A DNA stretch of 64,000 nt, from NCBI GenBank assembly GCA_950097015.1, contig CATNEN010000005.1:1798001-1862000 (forward strand), in the 5' to 3' direction. How positions within the stretch are numbered: position 1 is the first letter of the stretch; each line of letters begins with the position of its first letter. The notes beneath the pieces are model-generated. The model saw only the letters and a program-made list of their open reading frames with translations. It searched no databases and had not been told where the DNA came from. Of the stretch, positions 1 to 12,000 are shown piece by piece. The position numbers and the translations under genes were made by a program. This stretch comes from Macrostomum hystrix. Lineage: Eukaryota > Animalia > Platyhelminthes.

Positions 1-528
1 CCGGTCGGCCTTCAATCACAGTGACGTCGGTTCGATCGCGCAGACTAGTCACATTGGTGATAGTTTCTAAAGCGCTAATGCTAGCTGGTTGGCGCCTATT
101 AAACTGCCGCTGCTGCTGATGGGCTACTCCGGCTGCTTGAGAGTCGGCATTTTGAGCGGCAACCGCTGAATGAGCCTTCATGTAATCGTCAATTCCGATA
201 GACTCCACTTGTCTGACAGCCTAAAATTTATCGGATTAACAAATTTTGTAGAATATGTAGGGCACAGTTTAAACGGTAAAAAATTCTGAATAAAGGGAAA
301 AGATTTTAAAAGCATAATTAGTAAGATGTAAGTGGCTTAAAGCGACTCACCTGCATATAAGCAGGAGAATTGTCTGGGCCTTGATTCCGACTAGAATCTG
401 GTCGAGGCAACGAACCAGCTGCTGTAGTGGAGATCCTGCGCAATCCAGTTGGATCAAAAGTTTCGCCGTGTACAAATGTGCGAACCAGCTGATTGATGAA
501 TGCCGGATCGCCGCCAGCAAACTGCGCC
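1..528 (-). CDS. Two internal exons of an unidentified protein-coding gene, truncated by the window edge
   Basis: Exon 528..351 (cccag acceptor, gtgagt donor) and exon 220..<1 (ttttag acceptor) join in phase to give AQFAGGDPAFINQLVRTFVHGETFDP...PAYMQ|AVRQVESIGIDDYMKAHS...; no stops; GC-richer than flanks. Family not recognised. Confidence 0.7.
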
Positions 529-1508
529 CTGGGAATTAAAAATTCAAGAATAGCTTTGTACTACTATGCACACTATATCCTAATTCGGGCTTATGTGATT
601 ACACTAGCCTTGGTTTAGTTTAGTACAGATTACTAAAGTAGAAGCTAAAATTCAAACAGGTTTTGCTGTGCATCTAAGGCTCTAGAAATTACAGTTGAAT
701 AGCACACTTGGTAATACACATTTAGACTAATAAAAAAACTAAAGAAATAATTACATTGCAAAATGGTGATGCTGATAGACAAATTGCAAGATGGTGCTGT
801 CAGTGGCCGATAGTTGATTTTACAAGCTGCAAAATGAAGTGAATTTCATTTTGTAAAACATATTGAGTTTAAAAACAACTTTGTTTAAAAATATTTTATC
901 AAACACTAAACAACATAATACTTGTTTTAGCAATAAAAGTAAAGTAGGCCTAGCTGCCTAGCAAAACAAGCTAATAAACTATAAAATGAATACAAACTAC
1001 TTATGCTTTATTTTATCTTCTTAGAAGTTAAAATTGTACATAAATATTTAACTTATATAATTGGTTCTATATTTTATAGGAAAAAATTCTAAGTAAATCA
1101 CCTAGTTGACATATGAAGTCAGGACTACATTGCAGTTTTTTATGTGGAAAAAGTTCCATTTGAAATCAATTTTATAGAGAAAAACTAGGCTATCAATTAT
1201 AACAGTGAAAAAGCTATTTAGGATTGACAGAAAAATTGTGCATTATTGATTCAAAAAACGACCCTAACTCATTGATTGGAAGCCTGAACATGACTTTGTA
1301 TATTAAACCATTGCAATATAAACTGTGATATATTTATTGTATCTATGAATTTATATAGCATCTAGCTAGGTCTACTTCAACACACTATTTGCAAACTGTG
1401 ATTTATGCCTATAAAATAGAAGGGAATCACAAGATCTTTTAAGAATCAAAATTGGTTTTAAAGAATAAAAATAGGAAAAATAAGACAGGATAAGCCTATT
1501 TATTACAT

Positions 1509-1825
1509 CCATAGTCAGCTATCAGGAAGGTGGCACAGCATGAGCTGGAATAAATTTTGGAAGGGCAATCTGTGCGCCATCTGTGCACCATCTATGCGCT
1601 GTTTTGTCCTCTAACCCTGACCCTACACAGAAAAGCACCCTTCATATAGGGCCTAATCATATGTCCTTCATACCCCTTATTTGCCACGCTTATGTACCAA
1701 TGTGTGCCTAGACCCTTTGTGTATGCCGCGCTTGTGCACCAATGTGTGCTGAGACCCTTTGTGTGCAATGAGACCCGTTGTGTGCACAGTAATTTCCCCC
1801 TCAGAGGCCACCTTCCTGACTATGG
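1509..1825. mobile_element. MITE-like non-autonomous element
   Basis: Left end CCATAGTCAG(ctatcag)GAAGGTGGC; right end GCCACCTTCCTGACTATGG (reverse complement CCATAGTCAGGAAGGTGGC). Interior has repeated TGTGCACC/TGTGCGCC motifs. No clear TSD. Confidence 0.55.
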
Positions 1826-3232
1826 TAGGGGCCTACTACATTAAAGCTGCTATATTAAAATTATAACTTCAAAAAATAGCTAATAAAATAATATAATAAA
1901 ATAAACACATAGTATTAGCCGATATTCAGCATTACCATTCTAGCTAATATAGGCCCTATTTCTAGATATATAACATTGCTAATGTTTTTATCACTGTCAA
2001 GACAACACATGATAAAAGAAGGTAATAAAATATATTTAAAAACATATAAAGTATATTAATTTATTAAAATCAGACCCTCGTTCAGGGACACTATGCGCAC
2101 AACTTTTAAATTTTAACAGGGGAAATAGGCCTACTGATTAAAATGAAATAGCTTGTGATGATGTGGATACGTGGATATGAGAGGTGCCAACCTCAAGAGA
2201 GATCATATGAGAGGTAAAAATCACAGCCAAAGTTTTTAATTTTGTTCTTTTTGTCAGCTTTCACACAAAGTTTCTGTCTTAATTGCTTAGGCATTTAAAA
2301 GAAAGCTTTACTGTTTTTTACATTCTTTTCAAACCTACTTGTAGACACTAGAAAATATTTATTTAACTTTGTTTAAGACTAGGCCTAAGAAATTAAGTTT
2401 TGCGCGAGATCGACTTTCCATGAAATAGACTTAACCGTTTTTCCACAAAATATGCTGGTTTGTCATAACGTTTCAGTTTTTCTATATAAAATGCGAAAAT
2501 AGTCAGATCATGCAGAAATTATTTTTTCGAAGCTGTTTGCAACATTTATACTATACAAAGCACATGTCTTAGCGGTTTCGATTTGACATTTTTCATGCTG
2601 CGACTTTCAAACAGAAACTATACTATCTATACCAGTCAAACGCGACACGAGTTGCCACTTCGCTTAAGCATGACGAATATAGAATAGGCAGAATGGCTAG
2701 TTTTAGTTTTTTAACGCATTTTATGATATTTTAACTGTCAATAACGTGAATATTAAATAAAAAATTAATAATACCAATTCCAGTAGTGACCCTATACTAT
2801 ACTTGATATGCCAGACAATCAGACATGCTTTTAGTTGTATATCAAAATGGCTGTCCTGTGCTTGTACCCAACACAATGGCCACATGGCCCCTCCTCCCCT
2901 GCTTTAGTTGTGTAATGAGGCTAATACTATTATATAAATATTTCACTTTTGTTTTTTAATCCTAAACTAATGGAACTCCTGAGTGTAAGGTGAAACATTA
3001 ATTTATACTGTCACAAATGAAAAGCTCTTATTATTCACCAAACTAAAAAGGTTGTGCTATGTTTAAAAAACAGTTAATAAATTTAGTTTTTTTTATATTT
3101 TTAACTATTTAAAATTAGAATTCATAGGCCTGTATAATGTTTGTCAAGTCATTGAAGTTGTTAAATTTTCATTTTTTTTAATTTTTTTTTATAAAAACAT
3201 TTTGGCAATGCTTCGGATTCCCACTCTAAATT

Positions 3233-3463
3233 ATTTTGACCCCATTTTCGATTTTTTAAGTCTCAAAGTGTAGCCATAAAATGATGTTTTTTCTGAGTAA
3301 AGATTTTTCCAAAAGTCAAATTGGCAATATCCTCTACTTGATAACACACTACCACCCTGTTTAGTCTGAACTTGAACTGCTTTTGTACTTTTATAAGTAT
3401 GGACCTCTATAACTCTTTTTGTTTGCCTCAGGAGTCTAAAAAGTTCAAAAATAGGGTCAAAAT
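3233..3463. mobile_element. Degenerate inverted-repeat element (MITE remnant)
   Basis: ATTTTGACCCCATTTTCGATTTTTT at 3233 versus the reverse complement of the 3432-3463 end, ATTTTGACCCTATTTTTGAACTTTTT; imperfect ~30-bp inverted repeat. Confidence 0.4.
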
Positions 3464-5155
3464 GACTTAGAGCAGAAATCTGAAGGATTGCCAACATTTT
3501 AATAACAAAAACTGTAATTTGTTGTCATAGCTGTAATCTTAAATACTGTAATATGCTGCCACAGTTGTAATCCCAAAAATTGTATTATGCTGCCACAGTT
3601 GTAATCTAGAGTCATTCTAGGCTCTAGAATGTAGGTAGCTAATTCACAACAACTAGGTACTGGGTAATGTTTTCATAAGCATTTTAGGTATATGGTATAG
3701 AATAGCTGAAATCAAGGTAGTGTACTGCCATACTGGGTAGTTACTATGTAGTGAGTACTAGGAATTCTTTAAGGGTTATTTTTTACCATTCCTCATTATT
3801 TGTATGTTAGGCATATCACACATCTATCCAAACCTTCATTTTCATTTAATTTCATCTCAGAATAGTTGCTTTTATTCATTTGTACCTTTGTGTGACACAA
3901 AATAAGTTAATTAATGATTCAAAAATGTTACATTTTATGAATATATTGTTGGCCTGCTAAAATTTTATGGAATTTCTCACCTTTACACTCTTCTCTTCTT
4001 AACTCCACTCTTACTCTCTTCTTCTCTCTACTTTTCAACTATACTCTCTTCTACTCTACTTTTATTTTCTTTCTTTACTTCTTCTTTCACTTTATAATAA
4101 TTTCAGAATTGTTCTATTTAGTTTTAATCCCAAAATATTAAAGTTATTGCATGAGAAAATCTGACAGAATCTGTCTGATTTTATTATTTACCCAGCTCAT
4201 TACCCAATGAAAATACTGTGACTAGGCACTAGGTAATATTGTCAAAAATTACAAGCCAATCTCGGTACCAGGTACCCACACAGCCCTGAGCCATTCACAA
4301 TTTTAAAAGCTTAGTTAGCTTAGTTCTTGATGCCCTCACTAGACCTTAGTTATCTCCATGCAGAAATAATTAAAATCACCTTTATAAATGGTATTTAATG
4401 ACTGGTACATGTGTTGATCTCTCATTTCATCATTGTAGTGGATAGGCATGTCATATTGTGGTTCCACAGTGCTAGCCAACAGATTTATCTGTTGGGATCA
4501 GCTATTTAAAGAGCAAAATTGTGCATAAAAATTATCATTGAAATTCATATACCTGAAAATGTAAAATATATCACGACATCTATACAAAAATGTAGTGGCT
4601 CAGAGAACAATAGCTGTTGAAAACCTCAGCCGAAAGAGTTGTTCTAGGTCACTGTTAGACAAGTAGCCACTCTTTAATTTTACTAAATAAGGAAATTCAT
4701 TCTGAAAACTTATGATCTTGAAAGTTAAAGCAGCTTTGTTTGCATCAGTACAATTAAAAAGCTTAATATGGGCTGGTTATTATAGGCTTTTCTATGACTC
4801 GGGCATGATAGAAAAAGTCCTGATGAGTAGTTACCTAGTGCATACTAATGTCTAGATTTTGGAATACTCTTAAATTGCAGCATAATTTCCATTAAAGTAT
4901 ATTCATATTCATTAAAACTGCATGACTGAAAGTGCTACATCATTATCCATTGGTATATTAGCATAAGTGGATTTGCTATTTTGTGCTGCATTTATTAGTT
5001 TTATTGAACAGCCTCTGTGGGAGAACTTATTTTGATTCACTTATGGGAATATTTGTTAACTGCTTTGCGACTCACCTATAAAAATAAATATCTTAAGAAC
5101 ACTTTCCATCCTACTATTCAGATTAAAAAAGCATCCGAGTCTAATTAGACCATTT

Positions 5156-5626
5156 ATGACTGACAGCAATCAGTCGAACAGTAGGCAGGCTGTAATTCAA
5201 CTAGCTCAGACTCTAAACCTCAGCAATGTTGGCAGCCTCGCTAAAGATATTTCGCCGCAGGAGCGCACTATTTTGCAACTGTACGCTGCCACTGAACAGA
5301 AGCGTGCCATCTGTTTGCAACAGCACGCCGAACAGAGCGAGAAAATCACAGACAGTATTGTTGATTGCAAATTAACTCTACAATTGATTGATAGACGTCG
5401 GGCTGAGCTGTGCCGACTGCGGCAGATTGTTGGCGAATCCGCTCTGGAATCGCACGCCCTAAATCTGCGCTTCGATTGTCTGAATAGGAACGAAGAGCTC
5501 ACACTGAGACAGTTGGACGAGCTGCGAAAGCAGGACCGAATGCTTCAACGGCAGAGACTGAACATTATTCATATAGAAGAGGTTAGAGATGGCATTGTTA
5601 ATAGATTTCTCAATGGATCTAATTAA
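5156..5626 (+). CDS. Small predicted coiled-coil protein (156 aa); may extend to an upstream acceptor at 5121
   Basis: GC-richer ORF in AT-rich flanks, rich in L/Q/E/R with heptad-like spacing. The frame stays open upstream through ttcag|a tta aaa, so it may be a terminal exon. Confidence 0.6.
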   Translation: MTDSNQSNSRQAVIQLAQTLNLSNVGSLAKDISPQERTILQLYAATEQKRAICLQQHAEQSEKITDSIVDCKLTLQLIDRRRAELCRLRQIVGESALESHALNLRFDCLNRNEELTLRQLDELRKQDRMLQRQRLNIIHIEEVRDGIVNRFLNGSN

Positions 5627-5769
5627 CTAATTTTGGTTGCCAAGTTGCATAGGGAATCGGTTTTTTACAATTGGAGGTTGTAAGGTACAAGTCTTAGTTA
5701 AAATATTTGCTTTTCTAACTTTTATCTTCTGTAATAATAATAATAATAAATGATTACACCAGCCCCAAT

Positions 5770-5909
5770 GGGGCCAGATGTGCAGCAAACAGCAGGCGCA
5801 CAGTTAAGTGTCTTTCTAAAGGACACAAATTGTTCCAGTGGAGTCAGGTATCGAACCCCCGACCTTTAAGTCGTGAATCCGACGCTCTAACCACAAGGCT
5901 ACAGCCTCC
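5770..5909 (-). mobile_element. tRNA-derived SINE family 1, internally deleted copy
   Basis: Minus strand: A-box-like TAGCCTTGTGG, B-box GGTTCGATACC, then CACTGGAACAATTTGTGTCC...GACACTTAAC shared with the copies at 28820 and 29285; tail GCTGCACATCTGGCCC. Confidence 0.8.
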
Positions 5910-6201
5910 ATCTACTGCCTATAATATAATTTACTGGTGGACTCTGGTCACTGGTGCAACATTTGGTGACAATAGACCAGCAGAGTCCGACGCTCTAACC
6001 ACAAGGCTACAGCCTCCATCTACTGCCTATAATATAATTTACTGGTGGACTCTGGTCACTGGTGCAACATTTGGTGACAATAGACCAGCAGAATCCGACG
6101 CTCTAACCACAAGGCTACAGCCTCCATCTACTGCCTATAATATAATTTACTGGTGGACTCTGGTCACTGGTGCAACATTTGGTGACAATAGACCAGCAGA
6201 A
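5876..6201. repeat. 108-bp tandem triplication that captures the SINE 5' end
   Basis: TCCGACGCTCTAACC recurs at 5878, 5986 and 6094. Confidence 0.95.
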
Positions 6202-7208
6202 AGCACACGGATACATTATGCAGGTACACATCCAGAAATGTACATCTGCCATAACTTTCTTAAAAGGGTACTCTCTCAATATTACTTTAGACTGTTCGGA
6301 TTTTAAAGGTTCTTAAAGTAAAAAAATTGACCGACAATGCGGATTTGAGTTGACTGACTTTTTGGTGCCAGAATCGGACGCCTTAACCGTCCTTCCACTA
6401 AATCCCCACTCTATGTACTGAGTAGGTGACGAAGTACTCGACTGTAAGATAAGATCACCTGAATGTAATTTAGTAGTGTCATAGGATGTCAACGCTTTAA
6501 TTAGACTCGCTTCCTTAGTACTTTATTGTGTTTTTAAAAGTACCTTTATTTCAATTGCAGTGTCATTCTTTCAATTAGTGTAATATATATTTTTATGTAA
6601 TATGTGCCTAAATATTAGCTGATTCACATTTTAATCAATTTTGCGTCTGTTTTATTCCACTCCTGTTAACATTTTATTCAGTTTTTTTGTCACTTTTTTT
6701 CTAATATAATTGGATAGGTGAAATGGGGTCAGAATTCCAGTATTATAAATTGAAATAGCAACATAATGTTACTTTTTAGTTTTTTAGTCTTTAAAGTGCT
6801 AAAATGATGATGTTGTTTAATTTGCTAAAGGTTTTTGTTGTTTTTTTTCGTTTGTTAGCAAAGCATGACAATTTCAGTTCAAGGATTCTGAAGCGATTAT
6901 AAAAATAAACGAATAATCAATTGCAATTAAGATTATTGAGTCCAATTCATTAATAGATTTTTGGCAGAATTTTTGTTCTCATTAATTCAATATTAATTCA
7001 ATAATCACCTTTTAAATATTAAACGTGTTTAGTTATTTGCTCAATCCCATGTTAATGTGATAACTCAGGTAACTATTTTATTGACAACTGGCATTGATTT
7101 TTTATTATCTATGAATTAGAATCTTATATCGCAATATTGCTGTGTAAATTGCGATTTCTGAATAACAAGTCTAAACTTAAGTATATTCAATAAATTATAT
7201 TTTTGTCT

Positions 7209-7450
7209 ATACTCAACTACCATCTCCCTATACTCTTACACTTCCCAACTACCATCTCCCTAATCTGTTCCACTTCCCAACTGTCAACTCCCTAAACTGT
7301 GCCACTTCCCAACTGTCATCTCCCTAATCTGTTAAACTTCCCAACTACCATCTCCCTAATCTGTTCCACTTCCCAACTGTCATCTCCCTAGTCTGTTCCA
7401 CTTCCCAACTGTCATCTCCCTAAACTGTGCCACTTCCCAACTACCTTCTC
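7209..7450. repeat. Minisatellite, 32-bp unit, ~8 copies
   Basis: Unit ~CTTCCCAACTACCATCTCCCTAATCTGTTCCA (starts 7241, 7273, 7305); lies just upstream of a probable acceptor at 7518. Confidence 0.9.
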
Positions 7451-7509
7451 CCTACCTACGAGTCTCCTACTCTATCCACCTTCCACAAAGTCTTTCCAAT
7501 CCCAACTAC

Positions 7510-8661
7510 ATGTTCCAGGCTTTCTCCATTAGTATGATGAGCAGCGCTACCTGGACAGGCATTGTGGCGGGTGCTGGCGGCTGCTGCCTTCTGGCTCTCC
7601 TGCTCGTCCGTCGCCGTCGAAGTCATCGTCTCAAGGAGGCGTCGAGCCTGTTGCCGCAGGCAGATCTCGCCAGCCTGACTGAAGGCATTGTTGTTACAGG
7701 TGCCGGCGCGGGCATTGGCGCCGCTCTTGTCCGCCTACTTGTCAATCATTGTCACGCGGGTTTAGTTGTTGCCACTTGTCGGGCTCGAACTTCTGATGTC
7801 GTCCTCGACAGCCCGAACGAAAAAGACGACAACGACGAGGTTCATTGTCGTCTGCCCGTGGATCTCGCCGATCTGGCATCGATTCGCCGTTTCGCCGACA
7901 ATTTGGCTGAATTGTTTCGCTGTCGGCGTGTTCGCCTAAGTCACCTGGTCTGCAACGCTGGCATTTTCTTTCCGTCAACGCCAACCTCAGTCGACGGTCT
8001 GCCTATCCATGCGGCGGTCAACTTTATTGCCAACGTTGAACTAATTCGCTCGTTGCTTAGCAACGGTTTGCTGTTACCCGGCTTCACTAGGGTTATATTT
8101 GTCTCTTCTTCGCTTAGTCGACGCGGGGTTGCTAGGGACACATTTGGCGTACCAGTTTGCTCCGATTCGATTGCTAAGGAAGCCAGTTCCGTTGCTAAGG
8201 ACTCTAGTTCCGTTGCTAAGGAAGCCAGTTCCGCTGTTGCTAAAGATGCAAAGTCGTCAATTTCAATGATGCAGCAGTTCACTGCGATTTCTTCAATGGT
8301 AGCATATGCCGATAGCAAACAATGCTTGAATTTGTTAGCCCAGCATTTGCACGCCAATGTCGGTGTAGAAACTTTAGCAGCTTTTACTGGCGGCCCTGTT
8401 GCCACGCGCCTGCTGCTGCCAAAGTGGCTGCCGAAATCTGTTCAGCCATTAACACTCTGGTTGTTGTCTTTAATTATCCAATCGCCTGAATGCGTGGCAG
8501 CCCACCTACTAGGCCTAATGTGCCGTCGAGATGTTTCGTCGGGCCGTGTCTATTCTGCTGGTATCAATGTTGCTTGGCCTTGCGTATTGCCCAATGAGAA
8601 ATTGGCCGAGTTTATTGCCGGCTACGAGCGGCTAATTGACCAACTGCGCTTAGAAGCTTGA
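7510..8661 (+). CDS. Short-chain dehydrogenase/reductase (RDH/DHRS-like) with N-terminal membrane anchor
   Basis: TGAGAGIG Rossmann motif, CNAG, RVIFVSS and YADSK (YxxxK); hydrophobic N-terminus. The real start is probably ATG 7534, after gttccag| at 7518. Confidence 0.85.
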   Translation: MFQAFSISMMSSATWTGIVAGAGGCCLLALLLVRRRRSHRLKEASSLLPQADLASLTEGIVVTGAGAGIGAALVRLLVNHCHAGLVVATCRARTSDVVLDSPNEKDDNDEVHCRLPVDLADLASIRRFADNLAELFRCRRVRLSHLVCNAGIFFPSTPTSVDGLPIHAAVNFIANVELIRSLLSNGLLLPGFTRVIFVSSSLSRRGVARDTFGVPVCSDSIAKEASSVAKDSSSVAKEASSAVAKDAKSSISMMQQFTAISSMVAYADSKQCLNLLAQHLHANVGVETLAAFTGGPVATRLLLPKWLPKSVQPLTLWLLSLIIQSPECVAAHLLGLMCRRDVSSGRVYSAGINVAWPCVLPNEKLAEFIAGYERLIDQLRLEA

Positions 8662-9006
8662 TTAAAATGCTACTATTTCTACTAAGAGTAGTGTAGTTTG
8701 ATTGATGAAAAATATATATAAAGCAAATCTATTTTAGTCTGGTTTTAATTACTGATTTATATATAATTAAATAATTATTCAAAGATTTATTTATTCAGAT
8801 GAATATTTTAAGTAGTATGAAAGTATATCCAGCTAGAAAGGAGTGTTCAGAAAATTACTAAGATATTATCAGTTTTACTCGCTTCGTGAAATGTTAATGA
8901 ATTATATTAACAAATATATTTTATTCCCATAGATCCCTATTCATAGTGGCAAGAATATATTACATTCAAAACCTACCAATTGAATTTCAGTGAGGGCATT
9001 TAAGAC

Positions 9007-12000
9007 ATGCATTTAACACTAGCCTTCGGTAGAAGATTATTAACTGGTAGCTGTAAAAAGTTGCTTGCGGGTCGACCTATTAATGACACTATAACAGCTG
9101 GAACCAATTTCACTCCACGATGCGTTCGTTACTGTACTGGTAGTAATGTTAGTGCCACATCTGCTAGTGCAAAGGTAAGGCTTTATGTATTGTCAATGCA
9201 GCTTTCTATTCTGCCTGTCCGTCAGGCTCCATTCAGCCTATCAGCCTTTTCATGAGGATTTGTTTCAAACTATTCTTCACAACCTTATCAAAAGTTTCGA
9301 ATCCCCTTCGAACTCCCCTTCAGATCCCCTTCGAACTCTCCTTCAGATCCCCTTCGAACTCCCCATCAGATCCCCTTCGAACTCTCCTTCAGATCCCCTT
9401 CGAACTCCCCTTCAGATCCCCTTCGAACTCTCCTTCAGATCCCCTTTGAACTCCCCTTCAGATCCCCTTCGAACTCTCCTTCAGATCCCCTTCGAACTCT
9501 TAATCCCATTCTTCAATCTACCCAGAAACCCAGGCGTCGTGGCTACGTTGTCACCTGCGCTGTTGGAGCTTCAATCAGCGACTTGGGCTCGACCGGGTCC
9601 GCTGTCAACGAATTGCCTCAGCCAGTGCTGAGCTCCGCCGTCTCCGATTTGCAACGAAAATTCAATCGCGACATTGCCACCATGGTCGAATCCGCGGCCA
9701 GACCGGCCCGCCCCGGCCAGCTGCTGTTGCTGCCAGGCGCTCTTGGACGCGACGCCGATGGCTACATTGCCGACCTGTGCGTAGTCGGCGTAGCCGCAGA
9801 TTCCAAATCTGGTGGCTTGGCCGAACGCGTCGCTGCCGGCGCCGAACCGTTGGAGCCCTGGGAGGCGCGTGAGGACCGGCGAACCGCTGTGCGACAGGCT
9901 GTGGCAGCTCTGCGCGATCTGGGCTGTCGGCAGGTGAACTTTACTTAATTAATTAACATAAACTTTCGTAGTTTGTTATCTTTCTCAAGCTGCATTCAGC
10001 ATCTTCCTCAGGCTGCATTCAGCATCTTCCTCAGGCCACATTCAGCATCTTCCTCAGGCCACATTCAGCATCTTCCTCACGCCACATTCAGTATCTTCCT
10101 CAGGCTGCATTCAGCATCTTCCTCAGGCTGCATTCAGCATCTTCCTCAGGCCACATTCAGCATCTTCCTCAGGCCACATTCAGCATCTTCCTCAGGCCAC
10201 ATTCAGCATCTTCCTCAGGCCACATTCAGTATCTTCCTCAGGCTGCATTCAGCATCTTCCTCAGGCCACATTCAGCATCTTCCTCAGGCTGCATTCAGCA
10301 TCTTCCTCAGGCCACATTCAGCATCTTCCTCACGCCACATTCAGCATCTTCCTCAGGCCACATTCAGCATCTTCCTCACGCCACATTCAGTATCTTCCTC
10401 AGGCTGCATTCAGCATCTTCCTCAGGCTGCATTCAGCATCTTCCTCAGGCCACATTCAGCATCTTCCTCAGGCTGCATTCAGCATCTTCCTCAGGCTGCA
10501 TTCAGCATCTTCCTCAGGCCACATTCAGCATCTTCCTCAGGCCACATTCAGCATCTTCCTCAGGCCACATTCAGCATCTTCCTCAGGCTGCATTCAGCAT
10601 CTTCCTCAGGCTGCATTCAGCATCTTCCTCAGGCCACATTCAGCATCTTCCTCAGGCTGCATTCAGCATCTTCCTCAGGCCACATTCAGCATCTTCCTCA
10701 GGCTGCATTCAGCATCTTCCTCAGGCCACATTCAGTATCTTCCTCAGGCTGCATTCAGCATCTTCCTCAGGCTGCATTCAGCATCTTCCTCAGGCTGCAT
10801 TCAGCATCTTCCTCAGGCCACATTCAGTATCTTCCTCAGGCTGCATTCAGCATCTTCCTCAGGCTGCATTCAGCATCTTCCTCAGGCTGCATTCAGCATC
10901 TTCCTCAGGCCACATTCAGCATCTTCCTCAGGCTGCATTCAGCATCTTCCTCAGGCTGCATTCAGCATCTTCCTCAGGCTGCATTCAGCATCTTCCTCAG
11001 GCTGCATTCAGCATCTTCCTCAGGCTGCATTCAGCATCTTCCTCAGGCTGCATTCAGCATCTTCCTCAGGCTGCATTCAGCATCTTCCTCAGGCTGCATT
11101 CAACATCTTCCTCAGGCTGAATTCAGCAGCTCTTGCTTAGCTTTATTTAAATTACTTTTTATTTAAATCGAGTAGTTTCTTCTTTATTCCGAGATGCAAA
11201 CTCTATTTGAACAGAATGATAAATTTAGTATATTGGATTAGCTTTTTGGCCCCCCTTCAAGTCCCTACGTAGAGAATTCCTAGAGTCCTTAAAATACCTT
11301 GCAGTGTTAGTAAACTTTCCTATTCTGTCCAGGTAATGTTGGACACAGGTATGCAGCCTGCGACGTCTGCCTCCATAGGAGCCGAAAATGACGACGTCAC
11401 TGACGTGGCCGAATCTGCCCAGTCTGCCGCCCAGGTCTATCGACGCGCGCCTCCACGACGGCCCCTAGCAACTGACGACGCCGACGCTAACGACAATGCG
11501 CCAACCCTTATTGGCCGTATTCATGGCAACGCCGGCAACTCGGAAGCGTGGGATTACGGCCTTACTCTAGGCTTAGCCGAGGCTCGAGCTCGCGACCTCA
11601 TGGAACGGCCGGCTAATCTGTGCACACCGGAATGGTTCTGCCGACAGGCTGTTGAAGCCGCAGCCGCGCTCGGTCCCGGAGTTCAAGTCGCTGTTCACGA
11701 TGAAAATTGGATTAAGGATAGGAAAATGGGCGGCTTGTTGGCTGTATCCAAGGGATCAAAGGAGCCGCCGAGATTTTTAGTTGCTAAGTGAGATAGTTTT
11801 TGTGAAAATGCAATTGAAATTCTAGCAGAAAAAAATATTTTAATCATATTAGACTACTCGCTCAGTAGAAATATAAGCCTATTACCCTCTTAATATTAAT
11901 AAAGCAAGTAATATGAGTAACGAGGGGATTTTTTCCAACATTAATTTTCTTTCGCTTGAACAAAAGGCAGACAGGCGAGGGTCGATGGCGAAGCGTTAGC

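Noticed and set aside
3231-3497. 88-aa ORF as a gene
   Set aside because: It coincides with an inverted-repeat element, has AT-rich non-coding composition, and shows no recognisable domain.
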